Position numbers and translations under genes: made by a program. Shown here in pieces: positions 20,974 through 41,638 of a DNA stretch of 64,000 nt. Location of the stretch: assembly GCF_964204645.1 (NCBI RefSeq), contig NC_134035.1:8278451-8342450 (forward strand), in the 5' to 3' direction. The notes beneath the pieces are model-generated. The model had not been told where the DNA came from, searched no databases, and saw nothing but the letters and a program-made list of their open reading frames with translations. The DNA is from Tubulanus polymorphus. Lineage: Eukaryota > Animalia > Nemertea. How positions within the stretch are numbered: position 1 is the first letter of the stretch; each line of letters begins with the position of its first letter.

Positions 20974-21689
20974 CAAGTGATGGCGAATCGGTCGAGAAGG
21001 GAACAGGACAGCATTACATTCAACAGTGTTAAACACTTGTAACAAACACTCCATAGAACGATGGAATCAAGAGAATCCAGTCGTACTGGACAGAAGAAAG
21101 ACGTATGGTCTGCAAAATATACATGTGCTATATTAGCGCGACGAATGGAACTGATTATTGCATACAAACTGTCGTTATGTTTGATTTATTGTTTATTTTT
21201 AAAGGATAGTATAGTCACAATATGTAAATACGTAGTGTAATGCGTTAACTTTTAGCAACGCATTTACGAAACTACCCGTAATCCAAAAGCAAATAAAAGA
21301 AATGTATGGTAATCGTATGTGGTATGTGGAAAAAAACTCGTTATTTTTGATAGGCTTGCTATTGTAGAATGAAAATTGAAAAAATTACTCATACTTATTA
21401 CCTTAAAGGAGAGGTATTATCATGCAGTGCATTTCTTAGTTTTAATTCAGATTTTTATCAGAGCGTATAATAACGTTTATTATGGATGTAATATTGTTTA
21501 TTCATTTCATTTTATCGTAACTTTGTACAAACTACAGTATACAAACATCTAATAATCATTTAATACAATAATCATTCAATTCAATACAATAGTATAGTGC
21601 TTTCAGGAACTTACATTTTGACCAGAGCATTTTTCGAGAAGGCGAAAAGGGTTCTCAATTTTTAATGACTAGGTCTTGTTAAACAGACT

Positions 21690-22340
21690 GTGGTAAGCAC
21701 TGTGATCTTAGAATTGTATATTCTGGACATTTCAAATAAAAAGTGGTATTCATTACGTTATTCCAATTACGTTTTGGTTGCATTTTAAACAATATCTCTC
21801 GTTTTGAGGTGTATTATATGGTGGCTGATGAGGGCCAAATGCAATAATTTTTACACGATCTCGATTATGGAAAAACACAAAACAAAACTTATAGAGCAAA
21901 AACGTTTTTTCGTCCTAGCAAAAACGAATTTTACCGCGCAAAAACGAAAATATTCAATTATGCTCTATGATTCGTTTTGTTCGTTTTGCTAGGGTGCAAA
22001 AACGAATTGTATGGCGCAAAAACGAAAAATCATAGAGCAAAAAACTTTTCGTTTTTGTGCTATAATATTTCGTTTTTGGTCGTGTAAAAATTGATGCATT
22101 TGGCCCTTATCCGCCACCATAGTATTACTAAACCTACCAGATTCAATCGGTAGTTTATGATTACTACATCTCAACCGGCACAATGTGCGTCGCAAAGGAA
22201 TAGGTAAGTCATGCAAATATTGTTCGAACTTAAGTTCAGTTTAGATCATAGAATATGTTAATCCTTTTGAGCTGCTGCGGCAATCGGCCCTCCATTTTTT
22301 GAGTAAATTGGTCTTGAAGACGCTGTTTGATTAATTCACC
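21690..22340 (-). mobile_element. Decayed non-LTR retrotransposon 3' fragment interrupted by a MITE (~21818-22122)
   Basis: LCRLRCSNHKLPIESGRF is typical of LINE ORF2 C-termini; the insert has TIRs TATGGTGGCtGATgAGGGCCAAATGCA / TGCATTTGGCCCTTATCCGCCACCATA. Confidence 0.6.
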
Positions 22341-23019
22341 AATAAGTTCAGGATTAACTCGCTCGTGATTTACCGCACTCTTCTAGGATACATTTTATAT
22401 TAACCTAACCACTTAATAATGCTAAATTCAATTCTCTCGTAGATTAATCAGCCTGATAATGTTAAAAAGGGCATCAACATCGATGAGTTGTTTGTATTAA
22501 TTGGATTAGGTAATTAGTTGTGCTCAAAAGTAATATCAGTGTCGCAAACATGTCAGTGTCAAAACATGTCGGCAGTACTTTTACAGCAGAACTCATTTCA
22601 TTGTATATAAACAAAAATATTATTAAGCGCACAGTTTTCTAGTTGGAGTGTAAGATAGAAGTTGAAAATAAATCATCTAAATTCAAGATCATCGCGTTAT
22701 TTAAATGATGAGAAAAGGACAAGATTTACACGCCATGACAGTATACGGGACGTCAAGAAGTTTTTGGGAATAGAATGAATTTGAAATTGAAATTTGGAAT
22801 CGAAATTTCGATTTGAAATTGAAAGAAAACGGAAATTCGACTGCAACGCGCTCTCTACGAGAACATACGTCTGGAACTAACGGTTTATCCGAAAATAGAA
22901 TGGAGAAAAACGATTCCGTATATAATCTATATATTCACAACTTTATTAGAAGACGACGATCAATTTTTCATAGATAAAATGTTATGAAAAGTATGCTGTG
23001 TGAAAAAGAAAACCAATAA

Positions 23020-30612
<7,593 letters not shown>

Positions 30613-32431
30613 AGAGTATCCACAATATCTATGTGTAGGGCCGGGAGTAGGGTTTCGTTTTTCTAAACATCATATTCCCTGGAAGTTGAATGACACTGGT
30701 CACCACCACGCGTATGATATTGATATTGTTTTTACGTTATGATATCCATAATCCGTCTTCCACAGCCTATTTTCTCAACAACCCGCGGTTGTTTCAGACG
30801 TTACCGGGCGATCTTCTCTCATATGCTCTGTCGTAAACGCTGGTACTGCCGGTAATAACGCAAGTTCTTTAGATGAATATTGAACAAATCTCTATAGGCC
30901 AAATAGCGAAGCGATTACACTGGGCTCTTTCTTTCATTTAGCAGTCGCAAAAATACGTGTAGTTTCTCATTAGATCATCGTGTCGAGTGAAACTGGTTTT
31001 TTGGTAGACTGTTTTGTAGTAGCACCCTGGCGGCACGCACGTCTGAAATCAGCGACGTGACAGAAGCTACCAGGAAATATATGACGTCACGGTGAATCTG
31101 TGTTAATAGAAATTCTGAGTGTTTACCACTGCTAATTAATTTGTTATCTTTCGGAAACTAAAATGATACGCATCAGTACCCCGGCCTACCTATAAATAAT
31201 GGTAAAATATGTGGAAATGAATAAAAGAAACAATGTTGATAATGATCCAAGGCTAGTTAGTTACCCAAGTGTTTGTTTGCATAAAATGTCCGTCCTTAAG
31301 TGCACCGAATACTGTAATGGAGTACTGGACGCGTGATCTAAGCTATAATGAGTATATATATATGCATAGCACTCAGTACCGGGTTCTGTTGTTCGTGTCG
31401 CCAAAGCATTAATGGACATCAAATGAATGGCCTGGCTGAACTCAAATGTGCCGGTCAATAATTAATATCTCGGCAGGATTAGAACCATAAAACTGAGCTC
31501 GTTTCGCGTGACTATCGATGTTATGTTTCATTTAAAAGCGCTGTTGAAGTACATTTGAATACCCATGGCTTAAGAATTTTGGCACGCTGCCTGCCTGCCG
31601 TTTCCGTTCAGATAAAGAACCATATCCCGAGCAAGAAATATTTCTGACGCGTTATTCGATCTCCCGAGGAAACGCTTTTCTGTGGAAATAAGATGACCAT
31701 CAAAATTAAACTCTGACTGAAATCACCTCGGATTATTTTCCTAATAATTATTCAAGCCAATTTCCTCGTCAGTAAATTAACCCATCGGAACCTAGTTCCA
31801 AGGCACGCGACTGGATTAGAATAAGATTCCTGGCAGGAATAAAGTGAAATACATACAACGCAAATTGAATTTATATTTTTATTGATATACGCGGGCCGGT
31901 AAAATTAGACTTAGTGCTAGCTATATATGTACACCAAAAGAATACATCTCGATCATATCATTATGCCATATCGTTATTCACCATCAAAGAAGGCCATAGG
32001 CACAGACATGCAGCCTCTTAGTTTTTTTATTGTCCTTTGTGAAGAAGGCCGTCATCTTAAGTCTCCTCAATTGTTTCTATCAAAGGGACATACATGAATT
32101 AATAAAACTTTACTGAATACATGAAATTTTTGTTCTTATTGTGTCAAGATTGTAAATAAAGACGGGTAGTGCGGGACGGATCTAGTATTATCCGTCCAAA
32201 ATCATTCGAACCAAATACAACGGAAGTACAGTCCTTTGATATACGGAATGGGGGCGCGCTCATATTCGTCATCGAAAATCATCGAATTTAATTAAAATCA
32301 TAATTTTTCATGCAACTAGATTGTACACGGAATTTACTTTGCACCGAGGCGATTCCAAACAACTTTGATTTCGTTGTAAGATCGTTCGTTGCGTGCCGGC
32401 ACTAGCCTAGCACTCATGTCCGAGTAATGAC

Positions 32432-32535
<104 letters not shown>

Positions 32536-32877
32536 TTCAACTTTATTTTCCCTCGAATTACAACACATATTATATACATACAAAGTTATATAAAAGAATA
32601 TAAGGTATGTTATATATTAGTGTCATCATGGCCGCATAGACCAGTGTTAAGCTCTAGTCTATACGTCCATGGTGATTTTCATGTTGTAAAGGCTGGCTTA
32701 TGTCGACAAGCAACGCGACGCCTACCGACTCCTACCGACGCAACTGAGAGCAACCGCGATCGCAGCCCACCTTATGTCGACTGCGCTCCGATTCGCAGCA
32801 ACTGAGGCCGACTAGCGGGATATGAGATCCTCCCAATTGCTTCCCTGCTTATGTCGGTTGCGATTACTAGCGTAAAA

Positions 32878-35790
32878 TAAATTTGGAAAAACAAATATTA
32901 GAATTTGAAAATGAATTGAAAATCTTAAAAAAATTCTTTAAAAAGCAAAATTATATATTATTTTATTATCAGTGGTTCGGTTGAAATTAGTTCTGTAATA
33001 ACATTTTTAGCAATATTCTCACCATTAACACCTTAAGCTATATCAATTGGCGTGCTGGGATTAAGTTCTAGTGTATTGACTGGCGTAAATTCATTAATTA
33101 ATTCATTAATTAATTTAGATATTTATGTTACTGAAACTTATAATTTTGTAATAATGTAAAGATGGAAAATATATTTCATGTATACTTAATTAATTTAAAA
33201 AAATTTAAAGATGAAAAGCAATGGTTGTTAAAATCTAATATGAAGTATTGACAAAACCAATTAAATTTTGCAGTTTATTGAGCAAGAACAGGATGTGGAA
33301 ATAGTTGGAATGATCATTTAAATAATTCAAAATATAAATTAATGCAAAGTTTTTTTGGATTTCATACTTATTTTCAAATTAGATTTATATTAAATGAATT
33401 AGAATGTCCTTTACCAGGATCTAGATATTTTAAAGAATTAGATAATAATATTAATTTATCAAAGTTTTATAAAGTTTGTAATGAATTTAATATAAATATA
33501 AATAATTTTGATTTTCGAACAAAAATTGGAACAATTGGATCAATTCCTTGTCCTGAAAATATTTCACAAAATTGCACACTTCCCATACCATCTTATTGTT
33601 TTTATAATAGCTATAATAATAAATTAGGTCATGGTAAAATAGAAAATATGGATTTAAAAACATTAAATTTCAACAAATTACCGAAATTTTATGATAATTT
33701 AAAACAAGAAAATAATAATGGTTGGGTTCATTTTACTTTAGAAAATAGAGAAGGTTTTACAAAATAAGGTTTACAACGAATAAATCAATCTATTAGAATA
33801 TATTTGATTTGTATATTAGGATAACAGGTTGAAACAAGATCCCCAATAATTGGAAATTTAAATACATCATTTGATACACAAAGACAATTCAAAGTATGAT
33901 TTGAAGATTCAATTCATAATGATAAAAAATAGATCAATTCCAGACAATATATAAGATATCAAAATTATTTAGATAAATCTCATGTAAGATTAAATTATAG
34001 AAAAGGTCCTAATTTATTAATTATTTCTGATGATATAATTTTTTAAATGGGAAATATGATTGGTTATAATAATTTAATCAAGACTGCAACAATAAATAAT
34101 TCATTTGGATTAAATGATATAAATAAAAAAGTTATCATTGCTTCAAAACTAATGGAAGGTGAAAAAATTAAAAAAAATTATGCAATCAACAGAAACTAAA
34201 ACAAAGAATATTAAATTAAATAATGATTCTAAAATAAAAGATTATAATACATCAGAAAATATAAAAACTGATATTATTCAGCATGAAATAATTTAAAGTA
34301 ATAATGATGATAAATCACATGAAAATATCAAATGAGCTATAAATTGTATAGGAATTGTAATAGGAGGAATATTATATTTTACATTTTAATCTTCATAAGA
34401 TATAAATGGATGTAGAAGGTGGAGAAGATATTCCAATGGATACTTTTGATGAACCCGGTATAACCGATGAACAACAACCTGATTTTACTGATACAAGTTT
34501 GAGTAACGATAATGAAACAGCATATGATTCTAATCAGCAAGACCTGATACTAATGAATATGTTAATAAAGCACGTTCAAGATTGAATATTGAAAATATAA
34601 ATCCAGGACTAGAAAAAAAGAATTAGAATATGATGAATTAATTGAAAAATTTAAACCAATATTAAAAAAATCTCGATTCAATATAACTAATAAAGGTATG
34701 ATTTATTAAGTAAAAGATTTGAAATATTCAAATGGTGATTATCATTGGCATTTGAAAGATGACTATTATTTTAAGATATCTTGATAAAGTCTTGATAAAA
34801 TAATAAGTTAAAAGTCTTGATAAAATGATATCAAAACCAACTTTAATTAAATTAGAACAATCTTGAATTAGGAAAATCAATAATGATGTTATAACTGATG
34901 TTACTGAACAAGAGATAACACTAAATAAAAGAGAATTTAATCGAAGAAATGATGATTTTTTGAAGATAATTAATGAAGATTTAGAACCAGAAACAATTCC
35001 TAAAGAAGTTGTTAATTCCAATACTAGTAAACTTAAATCAAGAAGATTTCAATCTGAAAACAATTTACAGAATGGATTTTCTGACGCAACAAAAATTAGA
35101 AGATCTAAATATATTTTCTGATAAAGCAATTAGAGAAATAATATGTATAAGAAATGAAGCTCATAAAATTGCGCACGATAAAATGATTAGATATCAAAAT
35201 GATTACTTAAGAAGATGAATTATCTACAGCAAATGAAGAATTAAAACAATCAAAATCAGATTTAGATCATCAAGTAATTGATGCAATTGAATAAAAAATC
35301 ATATGATTATAATATTAATAGATTAAAAGTTATCTTTAGAGATTTGTTGATAAAACCAAATTCTAAAGTATCATTGAAAGATGGAATTAAATTATTATTT
35401 AAATTAGAAGGTATCACAATTCTTTCAATTCTAACAGCTGTAACTATGATATTTACAACAATAGGTTTAGCTATATCAAATTCATTAAAACCTACACCGA
35501 ATCCTAATAAACCAGATAAACCTCAGTCATAAAAGTCATAATTCTAAACAGGATAAAGCTAAAGATGGTTTGAAAAAGTAAGCAAAATATTTATGGGAAT
35601 TATCTAAAAAATCTGCTGCAGCTTTACCCGGAGTTACAGCATCAATAATATTGTTGGTTTTGTTTTAAATCTGCTGGAAATATCATTAGCTTTGCTGCTG
35701 AACATATAATTTTATTTTTAATTACAGTTGTGCTGTGCAATTATTTTTGGATTAGTGAATATGATAAAAAAATAAATAATTAATTTTTTT
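32878..35790 (+). pseudogene. Decayed copy of the Polinton membrane-gene block (homologous to ~3315-6570)
   Basis: Long near-identical nucleotide stretches to ORFs 3250, 3701 and 5106, with in-frame stops (e.g. TATTGA for TATTGG at ~33247), frameshifts and internal deletions (near 33090 and 35283). Retains TATAAATG at the start of the 5106 homologue (~34406). Confidence 0.93.
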
Positions 35791-35799
35791 CTTAAAAGT

Positions 35800-36120
35800 C
35801 AGTTAACCTACACGGTTCTATCTGTCTACTCATTTTCCTCGTGAATCCTGTACACTAGTAGCAATAACTCGTGATTTCTTGCTAAGATCAATTAAACTAC
35901 AAAGCATTACCTGTTTACTCATTTACCTAATGAAGCTACTTTAAACTAGTTGCGAAAACTCGTTATTTCTAAGGAAATCAGTTGGATTACATAGACAAGA
36001 ACTATAGGGTACCTGTTCACTCATTTACTATACATCAGTAGCGAAAACTCTTTCTAATTTCTTGATGGGATAAATTAAACTACTCATTTTCCTGATAAAG
36101 CTACTATAAAACTCGTAACT
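35800..36120. repeat. Degenerate tandem repeat (~85-90-bp unit)
   Basis: Recurring CTGTtTACTCATTT...ACTAGTaGCgAaAACTCGT, about 4 times. Confidence 0.6.
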
Positions 36121-36544
36121 TTTGATAAAATACTCTTAGTCAGTTTTGAACTCCAACACGGTGAAGAGTTTTATAGCTGTGACAAACAGAGTCAACTATA
36201 TTTCACCGCGAAATAATCTTCTTGTCAATACAATTACTCACAGATTTCTCTAACTCTTAATTCCAACTGTTTACCAGTTGAACAAGATTATAATAAAAGA
36301 TTCTATTCAAAATTGTTATCTTCAAAAGTGTTTTTATTTTAATTTTGAAATTTGAGGAAAGTCATTGTGAGTTTTTCTTATGGAAACTGCTATAATAGAT
36401 TCATATACAACACTGAGTATGGAATCTAAGGTCATTTGAATTGATGAATAGGCGAAGGTGTGGACGTTTTTAAAATCTACATAGCTTTCAATATAGTTTC
36501 AGTAATTAGCTATAATTGAGAGTATAGTCTGATTGGTCGACGCA

Positions 36545-37489
36545 ATGGCTGCAACTTCAGTTCCTCAGAACCGCACAAATCCATCAATCGCCTACACAAC
36601 CATCGTACTGGCTGCAACTACGATGAACGGAACTTATCTTTGGTTTTTCCTCGCATTCGTCAGTCTTTTTTTTATTCTAGGATTCATCGGTAATCTGCTG
36701 ATCGTAGTAGTGATGCAGCAACGTAAGCTATGGCGACGTTCTTTCAGTCGTATGTTCGTTCAGCTAGCCGTCTGCGACACTTTGGTTCTCCTCAACCATT
36801 TGATGAGATACATCAACGTTATATCTTATACATTTCACGGGAGGAAAATATTGGTCAAACCGTCAACACGAATTCAATGTATGTTTTTTGAGTATTTTGT
36901 AATGGTTGGCCTTTCGAGCAGTCCGTGGACGCTGGTCCTCGTATCTACCGAGCGAATGTGTGTTGTTTGTTTTCCGTTTAGAGGTCCTCGTTTCTGGAGC
37001 CCGAATACCGCTTCTATACTCTGCTTCTCCGTAATCTGCTTCATAGCGCTAATTCATAGTTCTATATTCATAACTATCGACGTTAGTGACTACGTTTGTA
37101 TTGAAAATGAGCCAATATTTAACAGGCCTTTGCTGTCGTCTATTATCATCTCTATAGGCCCGTTTATTTCGTTAACCATCATGTCTGCAATAACTTCTAT
37201 CGTTTTATTCCGAAAAAAAGGTAAATCAGAAACAACTCGAGCATCGAAATTCTCAAACCAGGTAACCGTGTTGGTTCTGCTACTGTGCATCTTCTTCATG
37301 GTAACAACATTCCCTACTGCTTTATTAAGCCCTTTTGTCGGAACAATTCCACAAGCAAAAGACATTTTCGCCGCCCTCGCCGATATTTTGATGATAAATT
37401 ATTCGTTTAATCTCTACTTGTATCTGATGACGGGCAGAGAAATCAGAAAAGAATTGAAAAATTTGATTTTCAAAAAGGGATCGTCTTGA
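36545..37489 (+). CDS. Intronless class A (rhodopsin-like) GPCR, invertebrate orphan peptide-receptor type
   Basis: Seven hydrophobic helices; GFIGN (TM1), LAVCD (TM2), STERMCVVCFP (DRY-like), NYSFNLYLY (TM7). First ATG at 36545. Confidence 0.92.
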   Translation: MAATSVPQNRTNPSIAYTTIVLAATTMNGTYLWFFLAFVSLFFILGFIGNLLIVVVMQQRKLWRRSFSRMFVQLAVCDTLVLLNHLMRYINVISYTFHGRKILVKPSTRIQCMFFEYFVMVGLSSSPWTLVLVSTERMCVVCFPFRGPRFWSPNTASILCFSVICFIALIHSSIFITIDVSDYVCIENEPIFNRPLLSSIIISIGPFISLTIMSAITSIVLFRKKGKSETTRASKFSNQVTVLVLLLCIFFMVTTFPTALLSPFVGTIPQAKDIFAALADILMINYSFNLYLYLMTGREIRKELKNLIFKKGSS

Positions 37490-38078
37490 GCGGCCACAAA
37501 AATATTGCTGTACATCAGATCTTAAAACTGTTCATCTCTGACAATCGAGCTCAACCGGTAGCTGGACGGTCGTTTAGAAAAATCGATTATCTGTACCGTA
37601 CCCTGTCTTCCATTTAATTAATTGAATCAATTAAGCAGTCTTTATTCGCTAAATTAGACTATTAACTCTCCATCTTTCTTTCCTCGTTTCTAATTTATCC
37701 AATTAGTACAAATATATCAATTCTAACTTTTTGATCATACGGAACATTCAATTCAATTATGCTGACGACGTCGAAAAAATTCCATTCGTTCATCGCCGTT
37801 GAACTGTTAAACGTCTATTCAATGATGAATTAAGAATAATTCTTCAACCGTCGAAAGTTTCGCAAAAGTCTAACACTTCGATTCATAGACAATTAGATAA
37901 TTTGCTCCTCAGAGTAAACGAAATACCAAAGCTGTTATTAGCAATAATTGATTGCTGGCTAGAGCAGTTTCAAACCTTATCGAAGTATCAAGGATTTAAT
38001 GATTAGAATTCAATCAATGATAAATGAAGAATAATTTCTTAAACAGACGCGTCTACGAGTTTCACTTAATCACGAATT

Positions 38079-38410
38079 TTATGGCAGTGTCACGTGTTCT
38101 ACATTTACGGTTTTCACACCAACGCATTCCTCACTTCGCAAATTTTCTCTACAGTTTGCCGTGACGTGCCCTGGTTCATTGCATCGGAAACACAACACCG
38201 ATTGGCTATTTCCAGGTCTTACGCGACCACGAGATGGAAGATGTGTCGAGTTAACTCTCAAAACACGATTCTCTTCCAAATTGTCCGATTGACTGGTCTC
38301 TTCATAATCATGCAATGCGACTTTGAATTCAGCCAAAGACACGGTCTTTTCTCTTTGATCGATGGTGGTATAGAACAGTTTGAATTCGACGGGCAAGCTT
38401 TTAGTTATCA
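38079..38410 (-). mobile_element. Ty1/copia-like gag fragment
   Basis: KSLPVEFKLF...SLAEFKVALHDYEE and the zinc knuckle CFRCNEPGHVTANC; no LTRs seen. Confidence 0.7.
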
Positions 38411-38411
38411 T

Positions 38412-39735
38412 CAGTAATTGCAAAATCAGAGTTGCAGATCAGAGGGCGAGAGGGAGTCACATCACTCATCACCACTCATTGATTTTTCTTCATTATAAAT
38501 GGGAGAGAGTGAGTTCCAAACAGAAAAAATTTGATGTCTATAAAAATGAATATTATTGCCCATATTGTAAAAAATACATAGATAAATCACACAAATATCG
38601 GAATGAAAAAACTGTAAAACATAGAAAAAATTTTATAGATTTTGAGACACCAGAAAATTCCAATGAAAGAAAAGGACAATTAGAAAATATGAAAATAGAT
38701 GAAATTAGATGCGATGTTTGTAAAGAATCTATAATAAAAAGGAATTCTAAAAGACATCTTCAATAAAAAAGACATCAACAAAATTCAAGTAAAAATATTT
38801 TAAAGATCCATAGATGAAGCAAAAACAGTACAAATCTCATTTTCTAATGAGTAATATATATTTATTAAGCGAACGTTTTCGGGAGTTACATTATCCCCTC
38901 TTCGGGCTTAGAGCAAGTGATTAAATTTACGTATCATACTGGTATTTATATAGAATAAGACGAAGCTAATTACAAACGATTTCACATTACTGAGTGACAA
39001 GATAATTACAATACAAAGATAATTAATGACACACAATCTAAATTACTGAGTGAAGATATTTGACTAGTAGTTAATTATCTAAAACATTGAGAATGAATCC
39101 TGAGCCGTGTTCGAATAGTTGTTGATTAAGGGAGTGCTGTTGAGTTTTGATAAAGTGCTCCTCTAATTTTGCAATCTAAATCAGAAGATCCTTTATATAA
39201 AATTTTGAAATTCTTTTCGCTAAACGGGACCTGACAGTCATGGCAATTTGACAGCGAATAAAAAGTCAAAAAAGTAATGAAATGTTTCCGAATAATTCAA
39301 AATTTTCAACAGAAAAGGATATTGAAGCATCATCTTATATTGAATTACCATTTACAACAAAAGCAGTGATTTATGTTCAAGATGATGACAATAAATGTTT
39401 TTTATGGTCAATTATAGGTTGTTTTCACCCTGCTGAGGAAAATATTTGTAGAATTACAGATACCGGAAATATGAAACATTACATAAAATTGATCAATATC
39501 CAGTTACTATAGAAATGATACCAAAAATAGAAAAAGTGAATAATTTAAAATTAGATACATTCGAATTAATGCAATTACCAGTTACAAAAGGCGATAATAT
39601 TAAAGATAACACATTAGAAGCTTTATATTTAACAGGAAAATGTGATGATGAAAATTGTATAGATTTATTATACTTTAAAATAAAAAAGATGAAAATGAAT
39701 ATTATATGAGGTGAAAACAAATATATTTATTATTC
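38412..39735 (+). pseudogene. Decayed left end of a related Polinton: TIR remnant, Zn-finger ORF and pPolB N-terminal fragment
   Basis: 38412-38475 aligns to the reverse complement of the right TIR; TATAAATG at 38494-38501; fingers YYCPYC..KH and CDVC..RH similar to ORF 66-1367; SSYIELPF..KAVIYVQDDDNKCFLWSIIGCFHP is the typical Polinton pPolB N-terminal motif. Contains stops and frameshifts. Confidence 0.8.
38850..39260 (-). mobile_element. Penelope-like element 3' fragment (GIY-YIG tail plus hammerhead-like motif) inserted in the Polinton relic
   Basis: Minus strand FSEKNFKILY...LEEHFIK..HSLNQQL resembles a PLE endonuclease C-terminus; CCGAAGAggggataatgtaactcccGAAAACGTTC at ~38870-38906. 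Confidence 0.65.
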
Positions 39736-40568
39736 AGAACAAGTGATCACTGACAAAATTTTGGCTGGAAAGTGGACAATTTATAATAATAATAATAACA
39801 ACAATTAACAGAATTACAAGAGGGTTTCTGCGAAAGCAGCAGAAACCCTAATAAGAAACACGCGAATCTCAATAGGGCTTTCTGTGAAGTAACAGAAAAC
39901 CCTTCTTACAGCTCTCTTCTGTAATACTTTATTTTATCTTACAATACAAATATTTCGAAAAGGCGACTAGCATTTTCACAACGGCCAAAAATTGTTTTGG
40001 CACAAACATATTTTGAATGCTATTTATTTTTTTATAGAGGAATTATTCTCACTTACGAATGTTTTTCGATGGAATTGTTTCTTTTTATGACGAAATCATT
40101 TTCTATGTCTATGGCCCTTATCAGCCACGGATAGATATGTTTCTGAAAACTGATTGCAGTCAATAAAATATTGAATTGAATATGCTTTCGGTAAATAGTA
40201 CATCCCCGCATATATCGATGACGTATTTCACAAGCGACCATCCATAATGAAACTAACGCTGCAGTAGTGAGTGGCGAATATTGGGTTTATGTACTTTTTA
40301 GAGCTCGGTTCCAAGGTTTTATTCGGCGAATTTAAGCTCTGCTCGTTCAATTTTTCGTTGAAACATGCTGCGATACGACGGGCTGGTGATTCTATGATCG
40401 ATGTAAGCGAGTCGACCAGACGAAAAAAGTGCTCGAATCCATTCCGACCAAACAAGAAACGACGGCAACGCCAATTCGAAAAAAAAACAAAAAAAAAACA
40501 TCCGCGATGAATCGGCAGTAGGCCTAATAGCTGATTAGTGTCTACGATTTATGACAGCTGCATGTGTC

Positions 40569-40717
40569 CAGGGTCTAGTTTCACGAAAAAGTTTAAGCCT
40601 TAATAAAACGGTTAAGTTTGAATTGTCGTCCTCAGTGATTTGATAGAAAACGTGAAGTAACTAATGGCAATTACACTAAAAATTTGAGTTAGACTTTTTT
40701 GTGTAACTGGGCCCAGG
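40569..40717. mobile_element. Harbinger-like MITE
   Basis: CAG-GGTCTAGTTTCACGAAAAA...TTTTTGTGTAACTGGGCC-CAG. Confidence 0.6.
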
Positions 40718-40924
40718 AGGGATGAGTTTTACCTTGTCCTTAGTTAACAACATTGATTATTTAAATAGCCTTTTAAGGAAGTAGATATTATGTCGACGCG
40801 GCATTATTCTAATTAACTCATCTTTTCACCACACTCTCCAAACAATGATTATCTACAAGCTATTTCAGTTTAGCCTGAGAGATTGCCGTATGGCCTAGCT
40901 TTTTGGCGATACAAACCTCAATGC

Positions 40925-41515
40925 AGATAGCAGATTGTCTGAGGGGGTGCATGGTATAGACAGCAGATTGTCTGAGGGGTGCATGGTACAGACAGCAGAT
41001 TGTCTGAGGGGGTGCAGGGTACAGACAGCAGATTGTCTGAGGGGGTGCAGGTTACAGACGGCAGATTGTCTGAGGGGGTGCAGAGTACAGACAGCAGATT
41101 GTCTGAGGGGGTGTAGGGTACTGACAGCAGATTGTCTGAGGGGGTGCAGGTTACAGACAGCAGATTGTCTGAGGGGGTTCAGGGTACAGACAGCAGATTG
41201 TGTGAGGGGGTGTAGGGTACTGACAGCAGATTGTCTGAGGGGCTGTAGGGTACTGACAGCAGATTGTCTGAGGGGCTGTAGGGTACTGACAGCAGATTGT
41301 CTGAGGGGGTGCAGGGTACAAACAGCAGATTGTCTGAGGGGGTGCCGGGTACAGACAGCAGATTGTCTGGGGGGCTGTAGGGTACTGACAGCAGATTGTC
41401 TGAGGGGGTGCAGGGTACAGACAGCAGATTGTCTGAGGGGGTGCAGGGTACAGACAGCAGATTGTCTGAGGGGGTGCAGGGTACAGACAGCAGATTGTCT
41501 GAGGGGCTGTAGGGT
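40925..41515. repeat. 33-bp GC-rich minisatellite (~18 units)
   Basis: Unit ACAGCAGATTGTCTGAGGGGGTGCAGGGTACAG. Confidence 0.97.
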
Positions 41516-41638
41516 AAATACAGATGTACAGAGGTACCTGTTTCATTAGGCCTACTGCTCAATCTTAGCATGTATGAACGAAGTATAAAATCAAAATGAT
41601 CAAATGATTTGTTTTTTTTTTTTGTAGTTGATACAAAA

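Noticed and set aside
21825-21840. CTGATGAG hammerhead-like core
   Set aside because: Part of a MITE terminal inverted repeat; the partner arm has a different base and there is no GAAA core.
40925-41515. Possible CRISPR-like array
   Set aside because: Units are contiguous with no unique spacers; eukaryotic context; no cas genes.
40935-41571. Cys-rich repetitive ORFs (TADCLRGCRVQ)n and their antisense ORFs
   Set aside because: By-products of a 33-bp minisatellite (unit divisible by 3); non-ATG start, and the same unit recurs at 54.1 kb.
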